A stretch of 64,000 bases of DNA from Deltaproteobacteria bacterium (GTDB taxonomy: Bacteria; Myxococcota_A; UBA9160; SMWR01), in assembly GCA_032128375.1 (NCBI GenBank), contig JAQBGU010000034.1, positions 17,855 to 81,854 on the forward strand, given 5' to 3'. Position 1 is the stretch's first letter; each line of letters starts with the position of its first letter. The position numbers and the translations under genes are program-made. Of this stretch, positions 28,945 through 38,117 are shown one piece after another. The notes below the pieces were generated by a model. The model saw nothing but the letters and a program-made list of their open reading frames with translations. It had not been told where the DNA came from and searched no databases.

Positions 28945-29820
28945 ATGACCCATTCGGTAACTCAGACAATGCTGGCTCTGTTGGCACTCACGAAGCCGCG
29001 GATCATTTTGCTCGTGTTGTTCACGGGCCTGCCCGTCATGGCGATGGGGAGCGCGGGATGGCCAGGCTTCGGCTTCGCGATGTCGACCCTGTTCGGGATT
29101 TCGCTGGCCGCCGGCGCCGCCAACGCGCTGAACTGTTATATCGAGCGCGATCTCGACGCGCTGATGGATCGCACAGCCAACCGGCCGCTACCCGCGAAGC
29201 TGATCGCACCCTCGACCGCATTGTGGTTCGGGCTCTCACTCGCTGTCATCGCGACGGTCATCCTGAACGCGGTAGCCGGGCCCCTGCCAGCGGCGCTCGG
29301 TGTCGCGAGCATTCTGTTCTACGTCTTCGTCTACACGGTCTGGATCAAACCTCGCAGCCCGCTAAGCGCTGTCATCGGTGGGGCCGCGGGCGCCGCCGCT
29401 CCGCTGATCGCTGACGCTGCTGTGAATGGTTCGGTGGGTGCCGCCGGTTGGCTGGTCTTCGCGATTGTGTTTTTCTGGCAGCCGCCCCATGTATGGGCGA
29501 TCGCGCTATTTCGCAAGCAAGATTACGCCAGGGCTGGGATTCCGATGATGCCGAACGTCGTCGGTGATCAACCGACTCGCTGGCGGATGCTGTGGTACAC
29601 GCTCGCGCTGGTACCGGTCACGCTGGCTCCGCTCCCGCTCGGTCTGCTGGGATGGGTCTATCTCGCCGCCGCTATTGTGCTCGACGCCTGGTTCGTCTGG
29701 CTCGCAGTGGCTGTCTTGCGAGAGCGTACAGATGCCGCCGCACGCAGGATGTTTCACGCGTCCCTGGGTTTCCTATTTGCGCTGGTTGCGGCGATGTTGC
29801 TGGATCGGGCGATCCTGTAG
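28945..29820 (+). CDS. cyoE: Protoheme IX farnesyltransferase (heme o synthase)
   Basis: LTKPRI, NCYIERDLDALMDRTANRPL, FYVFVYT, FFWQPPH, DYARAGIPMMP. Confidence 0.93.
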   Translation: MTHSVTQTMLALLALTKPRIILLVLFTGLPVMAMGSAGWPGFGFAMSTLFGISLAAGAANALNCYIERDLDALMDRTANRPLPAKLIAPSTALWFGLSLAVIATVILNAVAGPLPAALGVASILFYVFVYTVWIKPRSPLSAVIGGAAGAAAPLIADAAVNGSVGAAGWLVFAIVFFWQPPHVWAIALFRKQDYARAGIPMMPNVVGDQPTRWRMLWYTLALVPVTLAPLPLGLLGWVYLAAAIVLDAWFVWLAVAVLRERTDAAARRMFHASLGFLFALVAAMLLDRAIL

Positions 29821-29940
29821 CGGCATTCCTCGGCTTTTCTGCGAGGAGTGACTCCAAGGGCATCTGATCGAGGGCCGGCTGCGCACGGGGCACCTGCCGC
29901 GCCTCAACGAGCAGGGCCTGTCCGGTTGACCGGCTCTGGC

Positions 29941-30156
29941 CTACTGGCCGTCGTTGGCCACACGGCTTTTTTCCTTCAGTCGGAACGGCGGGTAGACCGG
30001 TACTTCGACCCGAAGGACCGTTCCGTCGGGACTCGTGAGCTCGCGGACGACTTTGCAGATCGGCTCGAGAGCTTCGCCTTCGATCGTTCGAGAATTCGGC
30101 TCGAAATTGTTTGCGCCGGTTTCATTCGTTTCCGCTCTTCGGGTCTTGCTCGCCAT
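29941..30156 (-). CDS. Hypothetical small protein (71 aa)
   Basis: SD AAGGAG 8 nt before ATG. Plausible composition (VEVPVYPPFRL). Fills the gap convergent to cyoE. Confidence 0.65.
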   Translation of the reverse strand: MASKTRRAETNETGANNFEPNSRTIEGEALEPICKVVRELTSPDGTVLRVEVPVYPPFRLKEKSRVANDGQ

Positions 30157-30186
30157 GGCTTCGATCTCCTTCAGGTTCTGCCTCGC

Positions 30187-30213
30187 GGGACTGCTTGGGT
30201 TGGACGCAGTTCC
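30187..30213 (-). promoter_or_regulatory. Candidate ECF sigma promoter
   Basis: Minus strand GGAACT-N16-GTCCC, about 30 nt upstream of the small-ORF ATG. Confidence 0.4.
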
Positions 30214-30320
30214 ACAGGAGTAGATCGGCAGAAGGTCTGACGAATTTCACCGGAAAGTCGCTGTAGGTCCGCATTTGTAGATGCACAAATAAAGGCGAAC
30301 AAAAGGCGAAAATAGAGATC

Positions 30321-30346
30321 AAAATAAAACCCGCTGGAGAGCGGGT
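30321..30346 (-). terminator. Intrinsic terminator-like hairpin
   Basis: Minus strand ACCCGCT-CTCC-AGCGGGT followed by TTTATTTT. Confidence 0.55.
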
Positions 30347-30657
30347 AAGTTTCGCGCGAACCCGAGGAGAATAGCACAGGTTCGAAATCCCGCAATAGAT
30401 TTTTCGAAACAGCTCCCCTAATTGCATGAAACCGGGTCAAAGGCGACTTGGGACGATCAAATCACAGCCGAAATGCTCACAGAACGTTGTTCTGAAGTCG
30501 CTGCTTGACAGCTGCCTAGCGCGAATCGTTCGCTCAAGTCGCTCCAGTGCGCTCTTGGCTGGCGTGGTGATTGGGCTATTGAGCGTTCTCCGTCAGCGTT
30601 CTTGGCCAATGGTTCCTGGCCCCAACCAACACCAACCCATTGTTGCCAACCGACCGT

Positions 30658-33306
30658 TCAACCAACGATGTTGACGAGTCGACCCGGGACGATGATGACC
30701 CGCTTGGGTTGCCTTCCGTCCAGGTGCCTTCGTACGCTGGCCAGCGCGAGAGCGGCATTTTCGATCTCGCGCGGCGCAGCATCGACCGCCATCTCGAGCT
30801 GGTCTCGGCGTTTCCCGTTGACCTGCACCGTCAGTCGCACCACTTCGGAGACCAGCAGCGAGGTATCCGCCTGCGGCCAGGGCTCGTGCGCGATTGATTT
30901 CTTGTGACCGATCCGCTCCCAAAGCTCCTCTGCCAGATGCGGTGCGAACGGAGCCAGCATCAGCAGGAACGACTCGGCGGCATCCCGCGGGAGATTTGCA
31001 TCGCGCGCGATTTCGCGTGTGAAAACCATCAGTTTCGAGATCGCGGTATTGAACCGCATCGCCTCGATGTCTTCGGTCACTGCGACGATCGTCTGCGCGG
31101 CCAACCGGCGCTGCTGCGAAGTTCCGCCGCCTTCAGACATCCCTACCACTCGCTCCGCTGGGGTGTCGATTGGGCCTTCGTCGATAAAGAGCCGATAGGC
31201 CCGCTGCAAGAATCGCTGCACACCGGGGATCGAGTCGTCAGACCAGGGCGCGCCCTTGTCCAGGGGCCCCATGAACATCGAGTACAACCGCAGTGAATCG
31301 GTTCCGAAGCGCTCGATGACATCATCCGGGCTGATCACGTTGCCCCGGCTCTTCGACATCTTCTCGGTGACTTCTTCGAGCACGAGGCCTTCGATTTCCG
31401 GATGCATGGGCGTACCGTCGCCCGCGAACACTACTTCTGAGGTCTGTACCCAGCGCGCCTTCAGCTCGACGCCGGTCTCCATGTGAACTGTGGTTTCGCC
31501 ATCCAGCCGGGCCTGCGAGGCGGGGAAAGCGCACGTGGCCCGGTCGGAATCGTCGCCCAGGTTGTCATCGTAGTAGCGATAGCTATAGCCGAGGACCATG
31601 CCAGGGTTCAGAAGTTTGGCGAACGGTTCCGGCGTGTGTACCAGGCCGAGATCGAACAGCACCTTGTGCCAGAAGCGCGCGTAGAGCAGGTGCAGCACAG
31701 CGTGCTCGGCGCCTCCAACATAGAGATCGACGGGCATCCAGTAGCGTTCGGCCTCGCTCGACCACGCCTGCTCGGTGTTGTGCGGGTCGCAGAACCGGAG
31801 GTAGTACCAACAGCTTCCGGCCCACTGGGGCATCGTGTTGGCGTCGCGCAGTAGCGTCTCGCCAGTTTCGGGATGCTTCATTTCGAGCCACTCGTGGGCT
31901 CGCGACAGGGGCGCTTCGAAGTCTCCAGTCGGCCGGTACTCGTCGAGTTCCGGAAGTAGGACCGGCAGTTCCGACTCCGCGACCAATTCAGTCCGCCCGT
32001 CTTCGTGGTGGACGATCGGGAATGGCTCGCCCCAGTATCGCTGGCGACTGAACAGCCAGTCGCGCAGCTTGTAACTGACCGTCGATTCGCCTTTTTCGTT
32101 TTTTTGCAACCACGCGCACATCCGCGTTTTGGCCTCCGCCGTCGACAATCCGTCGAGGAAGTCCGAGGCGACTGCGACCCCTTCACCAACGAAGGCCCCC
32201 GAATCGAGGTTCCCTCCGGAGACGACTTCCACGATCGGTAGATCGAAGCGCTTTGCGAATTCGTAATCGCGTTCGTCGTGCCCGGGCACGGCCATCACAG
32301 CACCGGTGCCGTAGGTCGCGAGCACGTAGTCAGCGACCCAAATGGGCAGCGGGGCGCCAGTCACCGGGTGCTGAGCGGTTGTACCCGTGAAGACTCCCGT
32401 CTTCGTCTTGCTGTCGGACATCCGCGCCCGCTCGCTGCGTCGCGCCGCAGCGTCGACGTAGGCTGATACTTCGGCGCGCTGCCCGTCGGTTGTGATCCGA
32501 TTGACCAGTTCGTGCTCGGGTGCCAGCACCATGTAGGTGGCGCCGAAAAGCGTGTCGGGTCGGGTCGTGAAGACCTCGATTTTGTCTCGATATGCATCCT
32601 GGCTGAGTGCGAATTCGATGCGCGCGCCTTCCGACCGGCCGACCCAGTCACGCTGCATCTTCTTGATCGACTCGGGCCAATCAACGCCCTCGAGGTCGTC
32701 GATCAGCCGATCCGCGTAGGCGGTGATGCGCAGCATCCACTGCCGCATCGGCATGCGAATGACCGGATGCCCACCGCGCTCACTCTTGCCGTCGATGACC
32801 TCTTCGTTCGCCAGCACGGTGCCGAGTGCAGCGCACCAGTTCACCGGAACTTCGGCGATGTAAGCCAGGTCCCGCTGGTAGAGTTTCGAGAAGATCCACT
32901 GGGTCCAGCGCACATAGCCGGGGTCGGTCGTGTCGATCTCGCGCGACCAATCGTAGTCCATCCCGAGCGCCTGGAACTGGCGACGGAAGTTGTCGATGTT
33001 GTTTGCGGTCGTCTCGCGTGGGTGCGTGCCTGTCTCGATCGCGTACTGCTCGGCGGGCAGGCCGAATGCGTCCCAACCCATCGGATGCAGCACGTTGAAC
33101 CCGCACATGCGCTTATAACGCGACAGCACATCGGTGGCGATGTAGCCCTTCGGATGGCCGACGTGGAGCCCTGCGCCCGAAGGGTAGGGGAACATATCGA
33201 GCGCGAAGAATTTCGGCTTTGCCGGGTTGATCTCCGCGCGAAATACCTGATTCTCGCGCCAATAGGCCTGCCACTTGGGCTCGATTGCCTTGGGGTCATA
33301 GGGCAT
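30658..33306 (-). CDS. leuS: Leucine--tRNA ligase
   Basis: [64 protein letters not shown]. Confidence 0.98.
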   Translation of the reverse strand: MPYDPKAIEPKWQAYWRENQVFRAEINPAKPKFFALDMFPYPSGAGLHVGHPKGYIATDVLSRYKRMCGFNVLHPMGWDAFGLPAEQYAIETGTHPRETTANNIDNFRRQFQALGMDYDWSREIDTTDPGYVRWTQWIFSKLYQRDLAYIAEVPVNWCAALGTVLANEEVIDGKSERGGHPVIRMPMRQWMLRITAYADRLIDDLEGVDWPESIKKMQRDWVGRSEGARIEFALSQDAYRDKIEVFTTRPDTLFGATYMVLAPEHELVNRITTDGQRAEVSAYVDAAARRSERARMSDSKTKTGVFTGTTAQHPVTGAPLPIWVADYVLATYGTGAVMAVPGHDERDYEFAKRFDLPIVEVVSGGNLDSGAFVGEGVAVASDFLDGLSTAEAKTRMCAWLQKNEKGESTVSYKLRDWLFSRQRYWGEPFPIVHHEDGRTELVAESELPVLLPELDEYRPTGDFEAPLSRAHEWLEMKHPETGETLLRDANTMPQWAGSCWYYLRFCDPHNTEQAWSSEAERYWMPVDLYVGGAEHAVLHLLYARFWHKVLFDLGLVHTPEPFAKLLNPGMVLGYSYRYYDDNLGDDSDRATCAFPASQARLDGETTVHMETGVELKARWVQTSEVVFAGDGTPMHPEIEGLVLEEVTEKMSKSRGNVISPDDVIERFGTDSLRLYSMFMGPLDKGAPWSDDSIPGVQRFLQRAYRLFIDEGPIDTPAERVVGMSEGGGTSQQRRLAAQTIVAVTEDIEAMRFNTAISKLMVFTREIARDANLPRDAAESFLLMLAPFAPHLAEELWERIGHKKSIAHEPWPQADTSLLVSEVVRLTVQVNGKRRDQLEMAVDAAPREIENAALALASVRRHLDGRQPKRVIIVPGRLVNIVG

Positions 33307-33327
33307 GGCGAAGGAGAGTTACGGCGA

Positions 33328-33358
33328 CGGGCGGGAGAGTCAACGACTCTCCCGCCCG
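33328..33358. other. Perfect 14-bp stem hairpin between the MMPL gene and leuS
   Basis: CGGGCGGGAGAGTC-AAC-GACTCTCCCGCCCG, with no U-tract. Confidence 0.6.
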
Positions 33359-33401
33359 CGATGTCCGATTTGCGGCTTACGCGTAGCTTTCGGATCGTGT
33401 C

Positions 33402-36400
33402 TTACTGATCGTCGTCTCGCAGGCCGAGCTTCTTCTCCCGCTCCTTCTGGATATGGATGGCCTGCATCTGCTCATCACTGAGCAGCGCGGTGGCGACCTT
33501 CGGGCGCAGGATCGAGTAGAAAGTCGGCACGATCGTGATGGCGCCGAGCATGTTGATCACCATCAAGATTACCAGCAGCTGGGCCATTTCGGCCTGGAAC
33601 CGGAGGTTCGAAAACATCCACCAGATGATCCCACCGACGATTGTGGTGGCCGTGAAGCTCACCGCCATGCCGGTCGTGCGTATCGCGCGCCGGACCGCTT
33701 CGTCGATGTCGGCCGTGTCGACCACCTCCTGGCGAATCCGGTCGACGATGTAGATCGCGTAATCGACCCCGATCCCGACCCCCACCGACTGGACCGGCAG
33801 CGTGTTGATGTTGAGGCCGATATTTCGGATCGACATGTACGCCAGGCTCATCATCGTCGCGGTCGAGATCTGCAGCAGGATGATCAAACCACTGGGGACC
33901 GATTGGTAGGTGACCGAGTGCAGCACGAAGATGACGACAAAGATCAGCGTGATGTTGGCCACGTGACTGCGCTCGACTTCCTCGTTGATCGCCGCCAGGA
34001 TCCCCATCGCGCCGCCGGCCATCACGAACTGGACACCGCGCGTCCACGAGTTCGTCGGCTGGTATTTCGGAAGTGAGTTGACCGCTCGCATGTCGGCGAC
34101 GATCAAATCCTTGGTGTTGACGGCGACCCCGCGAATCGCGAGTTCCTCGTTTTCCCACCAATAGTCGACGTCATCGGGCGACCAAGCGGCGAGCGTCTCG
34201 GGCCAAGTAAACACCTCATCTTCTTCGGTCCCGTCCAGCGCGTCGCCGTAGTCTTCGATCGCACCTTCTTGAAACTCTCCGATCCACGCCGGCAGGCCGT
34301 CTCGAGAGGCGGTCTTGACTGGCTCCGATCGATACGAGCCATCGGGTTGGCGGATGCGGACCTCCAGCGTGTAGTGCCGCGGCGAGAGCAACGGTCCGAG
34401 CATGTAGTAAGTCATGTCTATGAGCTTGTCGGCATTGAAAAACGACGCGTCGGCCTGAGCCTTGTCCATGTCGAGTCGAATCGAGACCTCACCCAGCGGA
34501 TTTTCCTCGACGAATTTCTCGGCGAAGTGGCGCGCGAATTCGATGGTCTCGCCCTTGTGGTCGGGGTAGAAGAATGAGATCGCGGCCTTCCTGCCATCGT
34601 CGGTCATGAAGGGTCGCAGGAAGCCCGGAGCACCGTTTTGCTGCAGCTGGAAGATCATCGCACGAACCGTGCCGGTATTTTCCGGGATGAAATACCACTT
34701 CGGATCGCCGTAGTGGTTGATTCGCCATGAGGTGCGCAGAAACGGCACGAGTGATACTGACGCACCGAGATTGGTTTCGGCCTTCAGGTAGCGCTCGAAG
34801 CGCTCCATCGCCTGGATCGGCGCAGAATCCGCACTGGCGTTGGGGCGGTCGCCATCGGCGTAAACGGTCATCGCGTCGATGCCACCGAAGCGTGTCGCGA
34901 TTTCTGCGGTGGCTTGGTTCCATTCGTGGCTCGGCCAGAGCAACGGAGTTCCCGGTGTGGCCTCGCCGATCTTCGAGTGGAACAGCGCGATGTAGGACGA
35001 ACTGATCAGCAGCACGAACGTGCTTACGCCGATCACGTATTTCCACTGCGGGTGGGTCGTGACATTGCCGACACCGCGGGTGAACCGAACCATGAACGCG
35101 GGCAAGAAGTGCTCGTGCTCCTTCGGTGCCGGCATGTAGCAGATCATTACCGGGTGCAGAATCTCGACCGTCATGATGATCGAGGCCACCCAGAATGCGC
35201 CGAAGATGCCGAGGTTCTGCATCTGCGGAATCGACGTAACCAAGATCACGAGCAGTCCCGCCACGTCGGTCACGATTCCCAGGGTCCCGGGCACCACCAG
35301 CTCGCTCATCGCGACCGTCGCCACTTCGATTTTTGCGCGCTGCGGATCGCCATAAATCGGCAGGTAGACTTCGTAGTCTTCGAAGAACCGCTCGGCCATC
35401 TGTACCGTATGCGAAACGGCACGCGCGGTGATGATCATCGGAATCACCAGAATCAACGGGTCGAAGTTGATCCCCATCCAGCCGGTAAATCCCAGACCCC
35501 AGATGACCGTCATCATCGCGGCGATTGCCGGGATGACGACCCCGTGCCAGCGGCGGAAATACAGCCACAGCAGCCCGAAAATCGTCACGATCGTCAGACC
35601 CAGATACAAGAGAATTTCGAACGCGTGCTTGAAGATCCAGCCGACCAGGATCGGTCCGCCGGAAACGTGGATCTTGATCTCGTCGGTCTCGAAGTCGGCT
35701 TTGATCTGCTGTACGTGTCTGAATACCGCGTCGTAGACGGAGCGGTTGCTCAAGCGTTCGTTCACGAAACCGGCGGTCACCAACGCGCCCTTTTCATCGT
35801 ATGAGACGAGTCGGCCGAAAATGAACGGGGGGTTCTGCCGAACCAATTCACGAAGATCGTCTGCAACTTGCTGCGACTCCGGCACTCCCTTCATCAGCAC
35901 ATCGGTCGTGATGGAACCGTCTGATTCGATCTGCACAACCCGGGTACTGCCGTGCGCGACCGAATTGATCTGGTCGTGGTTGACCGGGTAGGGGGGATAG
36001 GCGCGGTCTAGTGCATTGCGGATTTCGGGGACCGTGAGGTTCCCAGCTTCTTCCAATTCGTCACGGAGTTCTTCGCGCTCGTCGGTATGACTCTCGAAGC
36101 CCACGCCGTCGAGGCGCCGGGTCACTTCGCGGATCAGGGCCAGCCGTTCGGGCGTGAAGATCGTGCCGTCTTCGACCGTGACGGCCACGGCGACCAGCTG
36201 GGAGCCACCGAACGTTTTACCGAACTTGTCCTGTGCGTGGATATACGGATGATCCGGGAAGAGGTCTCTCGGGCTGGTATCGATCCGCACCAACGGGCCG
36301 GGCAGGCCGTGTCCGAAGGCGGTCATCGCCGTATTCAAGATCGGGTAGAAGAAGAACGCGCTGACGGAGATCAATAACATCGCGACAGGAAAACGGTTTC

Positions 36401-36470
36401 GAACGACAAAACGCGCAAATTCGAGTGTCTTGCTCTGTCTCGGTTCGTGCTGTTCGGGGGTTTCGGACAT
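33402..36470 (-). CDS. MMPL/RND-superfamily transporter (HAE3-like) with extra periplasmic insertions
   Basis: Two repeats of TM1-loop-5TM. Motifs SHTVQ..RFFE, TDVAG, GVGIGVDYAIY, TTGMAV. Confidence 0.88.
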   Translation of the reverse strand: MSETPEQHEPRQSKTLEFARFVVRNRFPVAMLLISVSAFFFYPILNTAMTAFGHGLPGPLVRIDTSPRDLFPDHPYIHAQDKFGKTFGGSQLVAVAVTVEDGTIFTPERLALIREVTRRLDGVGFESHTDEREELRDELEEAGNLTVPEIRNALDRAYPPYPVNHDQINSVAHGSTRVVQIESDGSITTDVLMKGVPESQQVADDLRELVRQNPPFIFGRLVSYDEKGALVTAGFVNERLSNRSVYDAVFRHVQQIKADFETDEIKIHVSGGPILVGWIFKHAFEILLYLGLTIVTIFGLLWLYFRRWHGVVIPAIAAMMTVIWGLGFTGWMGINFDPLILVIPMIITARAVSHTVQMAERFFEDYEVYLPIYGDPQRAKIEVATVAMSELVVPGTLGIVTDVAGLLVILVTSIPQMQNLGIFGAFWVASIIMTVEILHPVMICYMPAPKEHEHFLPAFMVRFTRGVGNVTTHPQWKYVIGVSTFVLLISSSYIALFHSKIGEATPGTPLLWPSHEWNQATAEIATRFGGIDAMTVYADGDRPNASADSAPIQAMERFERYLKAETNLGASVSLVPFLRTSWRINHYGDPKWYFIPENTGTVRAMIFQLQQNGAPGFLRPFMTDDGRKAAISFFYPDHKGETIEFARHFAEKFVEENPLGEVSIRLDMDKAQADASFFNADKLIDMTYYMLGPLLSPRHYTLEVRIRQPDGSYRSEPVKTASRDGLPAWIGEFQEGAIEDYGDALDGTEEDEVFTWPETLAAWSPDDVDYWWENEELAIRGVAVNTKDLIVADMRAVNSLPKYQPTNSWTRGVQFVMAGGAMGILAAINEEVERSHVANITLIFVVIFVLHSVTYQSVPSGLIILLQISTATMMSLAYMSIRNIGLNINTLPVQSVGVGIGVDYAIYIVDRIRQEVVDTADIDEAVRRAIRTTGMAVSFTATTIVGGIIWWMFSNLRFQAEMAQLLVILMVINMLGAITIVPTFYSILRPKVATALLSDEQMQAIHIQKEREKKLGLRDDDQ

Positions 36471-36837
36471 AGGAATTTCTGATGACCTCGTGGGAAACGA
36501 TTTTCGTCAGCGCTTCGCGGCGCAAGAAGCGCCCCCCGGTGGTCGTCAGGGCGGGCGCCAAACGGTATTTCGTGGGGCTAGTGCTCGGTAGGTTCGGGCA
36601 AATTGTGCTCGGCACGATATTTCCGATGGCACCCTCCGGTCAAGAGCGATCTTGACATTTAAGCTGCCAAAACCTGGGGCTTCAGACGCGCGAGCCTGGT
36701 GGAGTGCTTCAATTTTGACCGGCGTGGGGAAACGAACACCTGGTCTGATCGGATTCGCGAGCAACGAGTATCGGGCGGTAGGGTGCGGGCCGACGCGGGA
36801 CTCGAGCTGGATTTACACGGGACTCCCGCAGGGGTTC

Positions 36838-36890
36838 CACACAGGGTTCACACAGGGTTCACACAGGACTCACACAGGACTCACACAGGG
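36838..36890. repeat. 11-bp tandem repeat overlapping the NYN gene stop
   Basis: cacacagggtt x2, cacacaggact x2, cacacaggg. Confidence 0.9.
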
Positions 36891-37375
36891 CAACGAGCCA
36901 AGAAATCCCGTGGCGAAACGACCTGCGCCCCGCGGCTACGCGCCCGGCCCGCGACCTGGCGGTCAGCGGTGACGATGGCAAGCTCAGAGGGATCGGTTGC
37001 CTCGCGTACGCGGTCGACCAGCCATGCGTCGGCGGAAGGGGCGAACAGGCAGCGCGGCCCGACCGCCTCGCGAGATTCCGGTGCGTCGTGGCGTCCATCA
37101 AACACGATCCAGACCTCGGCATCGGTGTCTTCGAAGCCACTGGCTCGATCCAACAACTCCTGCCGCCTCGATTCGGTCCACCATTCCGACCGGTCTCCGC
37201 CCAAAAGCCCAGCGTGCAGCACGTTGAATCCATCGACCAGCCAGACGGAGGGGCGATTCTGGGCAGAATGCTGGGCTGGATGCTGGGCTGGAGTCGCGGA
37301 TATGGAGCGGGCGGCGGCCCTTGCAACTGCCGCTGCAGCTGCAGCCCGTGAGGAAGGCGAGGATTTGTTGTCCAT
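36881..37375 (-). CDS. NYN/YacP-like PIN-fold ribonuclease
   Basis: WLVDGFNV, IVFDG, SADAWL, IVTADR, SPRDF acidic active-site pattern. The frame is open further upstream, so the start is uncertain. Confidence 0.8.
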   Translation of the reverse strand: MDNKSSPSSRAAAAAAVARAAARSISATPAQHPAQHSAQNRPSVWLVDGFNVLHAGLLGGDRSEWWTESRRQELLDRASGFEDTDAEVWIVFDGRHDAPESREAVGPRCLFAPSADAWLVDRVREATDPSELAIVTADRQVAGRARSRGAQVVSPRDFLARCPV

Positions 37376-37690
37376 GCCGGCAGCGTAGATCGTTACAGCC
37401 GAGGCGTCGCGAAGCGGCCCGGGATCCGATCCGAGATTTCCCTCGATCGTCGCCCATGCCAGGCCCGCGGCGGCGTAGCAGCCGATGATCGCCAAGGTCT
37501 CGAGCGCGCCACGTGCCAAGCGGCTCCAGCCTACGGAGCCGGCTTGCGAGTGCCTGAATTCATCGGTTTCGAAGTCAATCACGGATTGGCTCCTTCTGAA
37601 GGCCACATGGCCCGGCACTTGTCTTGGCAGTTGTTTCGGCTGTCGTCCTGGCTGTTGATTTGGTTGTTGATTGGGCTCGGACTCCGGCTG

Positions 37691-37740
37691 TCGCCAGGTC
37701 TCGCCAGGTCTCGCCAGGTCTCGCCAGGCCTCGCCAGGCT
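37691..37740. repeat. 10-bp tandem repeat x5
   Basis: tcgccaggtc x3, tcgccaggcc, tcgccaggct. Confidence 0.9.
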
Positions 37741-38042
37741 TTTTTTCATGCCTCTCCATGATCTTTTCCCGGTTCTCTCCCCGTCTTTCCCGCTTTCCTG
37801 GTTGTTGGGTCGGCTCCGGTCCCGGCTGGGCCAAGACCAAAAATGGATTGAGGAGCCATCGGCGCTCGCCCGCGCTCGCCCGCACGCCAGCGACGCTGCC
37901 AGGGCCTCGTGACAGACCCGGTCACGACATCGCGCCGGGGGGTCGCCCGCTGTGAATCGACGACTTAGCGGCGGCCTCGCCGTGTCTGGACCTCATGGCT
38001 CTCGCTACGCCCGCCACATCGAGGCCCGCTCCGACCGGTGCC

Positions 38043-38058
38043 CGGCACTATTTTCGCT
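38043..38058 (+). promoter_or_regulatory. Candidate sigma-54 (-24/-12) promoter of the frd operon
   Basis: CGGCACTATTTTCGCT: GG-N10-GC spacing, 60 bp upstream of frdA. Confidence 0.35.
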
Positions 38059-38117
38059 TTATTCTCCGGCCCGGATTCGTTACATACCGTCGCGTCGACT
38101 CGTAGGGGAATCGCGGT

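Noticed and set aside
25606..30219. TTCCACA motifs as DnaA boxes/oriC
   Set aside because: These are isolated imperfect matches, with no cluster, unwinding element or dnaA context.
33307..33401. T-box or attenuator peptide upstream of leuS
   Set aside because: The gap is only 95 bp, with no T-box consensus or Leu-rich leader ORF.
34038..34493. Intein in the MMPL transporter
   Set aside because: There is no N-terminal C/S block or C-terminal HN-C/S/T motif, and the location is extracytoplasmic.
36838..37740. Short repeat arrays as a possible CRISPR
   Set aside because: Units are 10-12 bp and directly adjacent, with no unique spacers, and there are no cas genes in the window.
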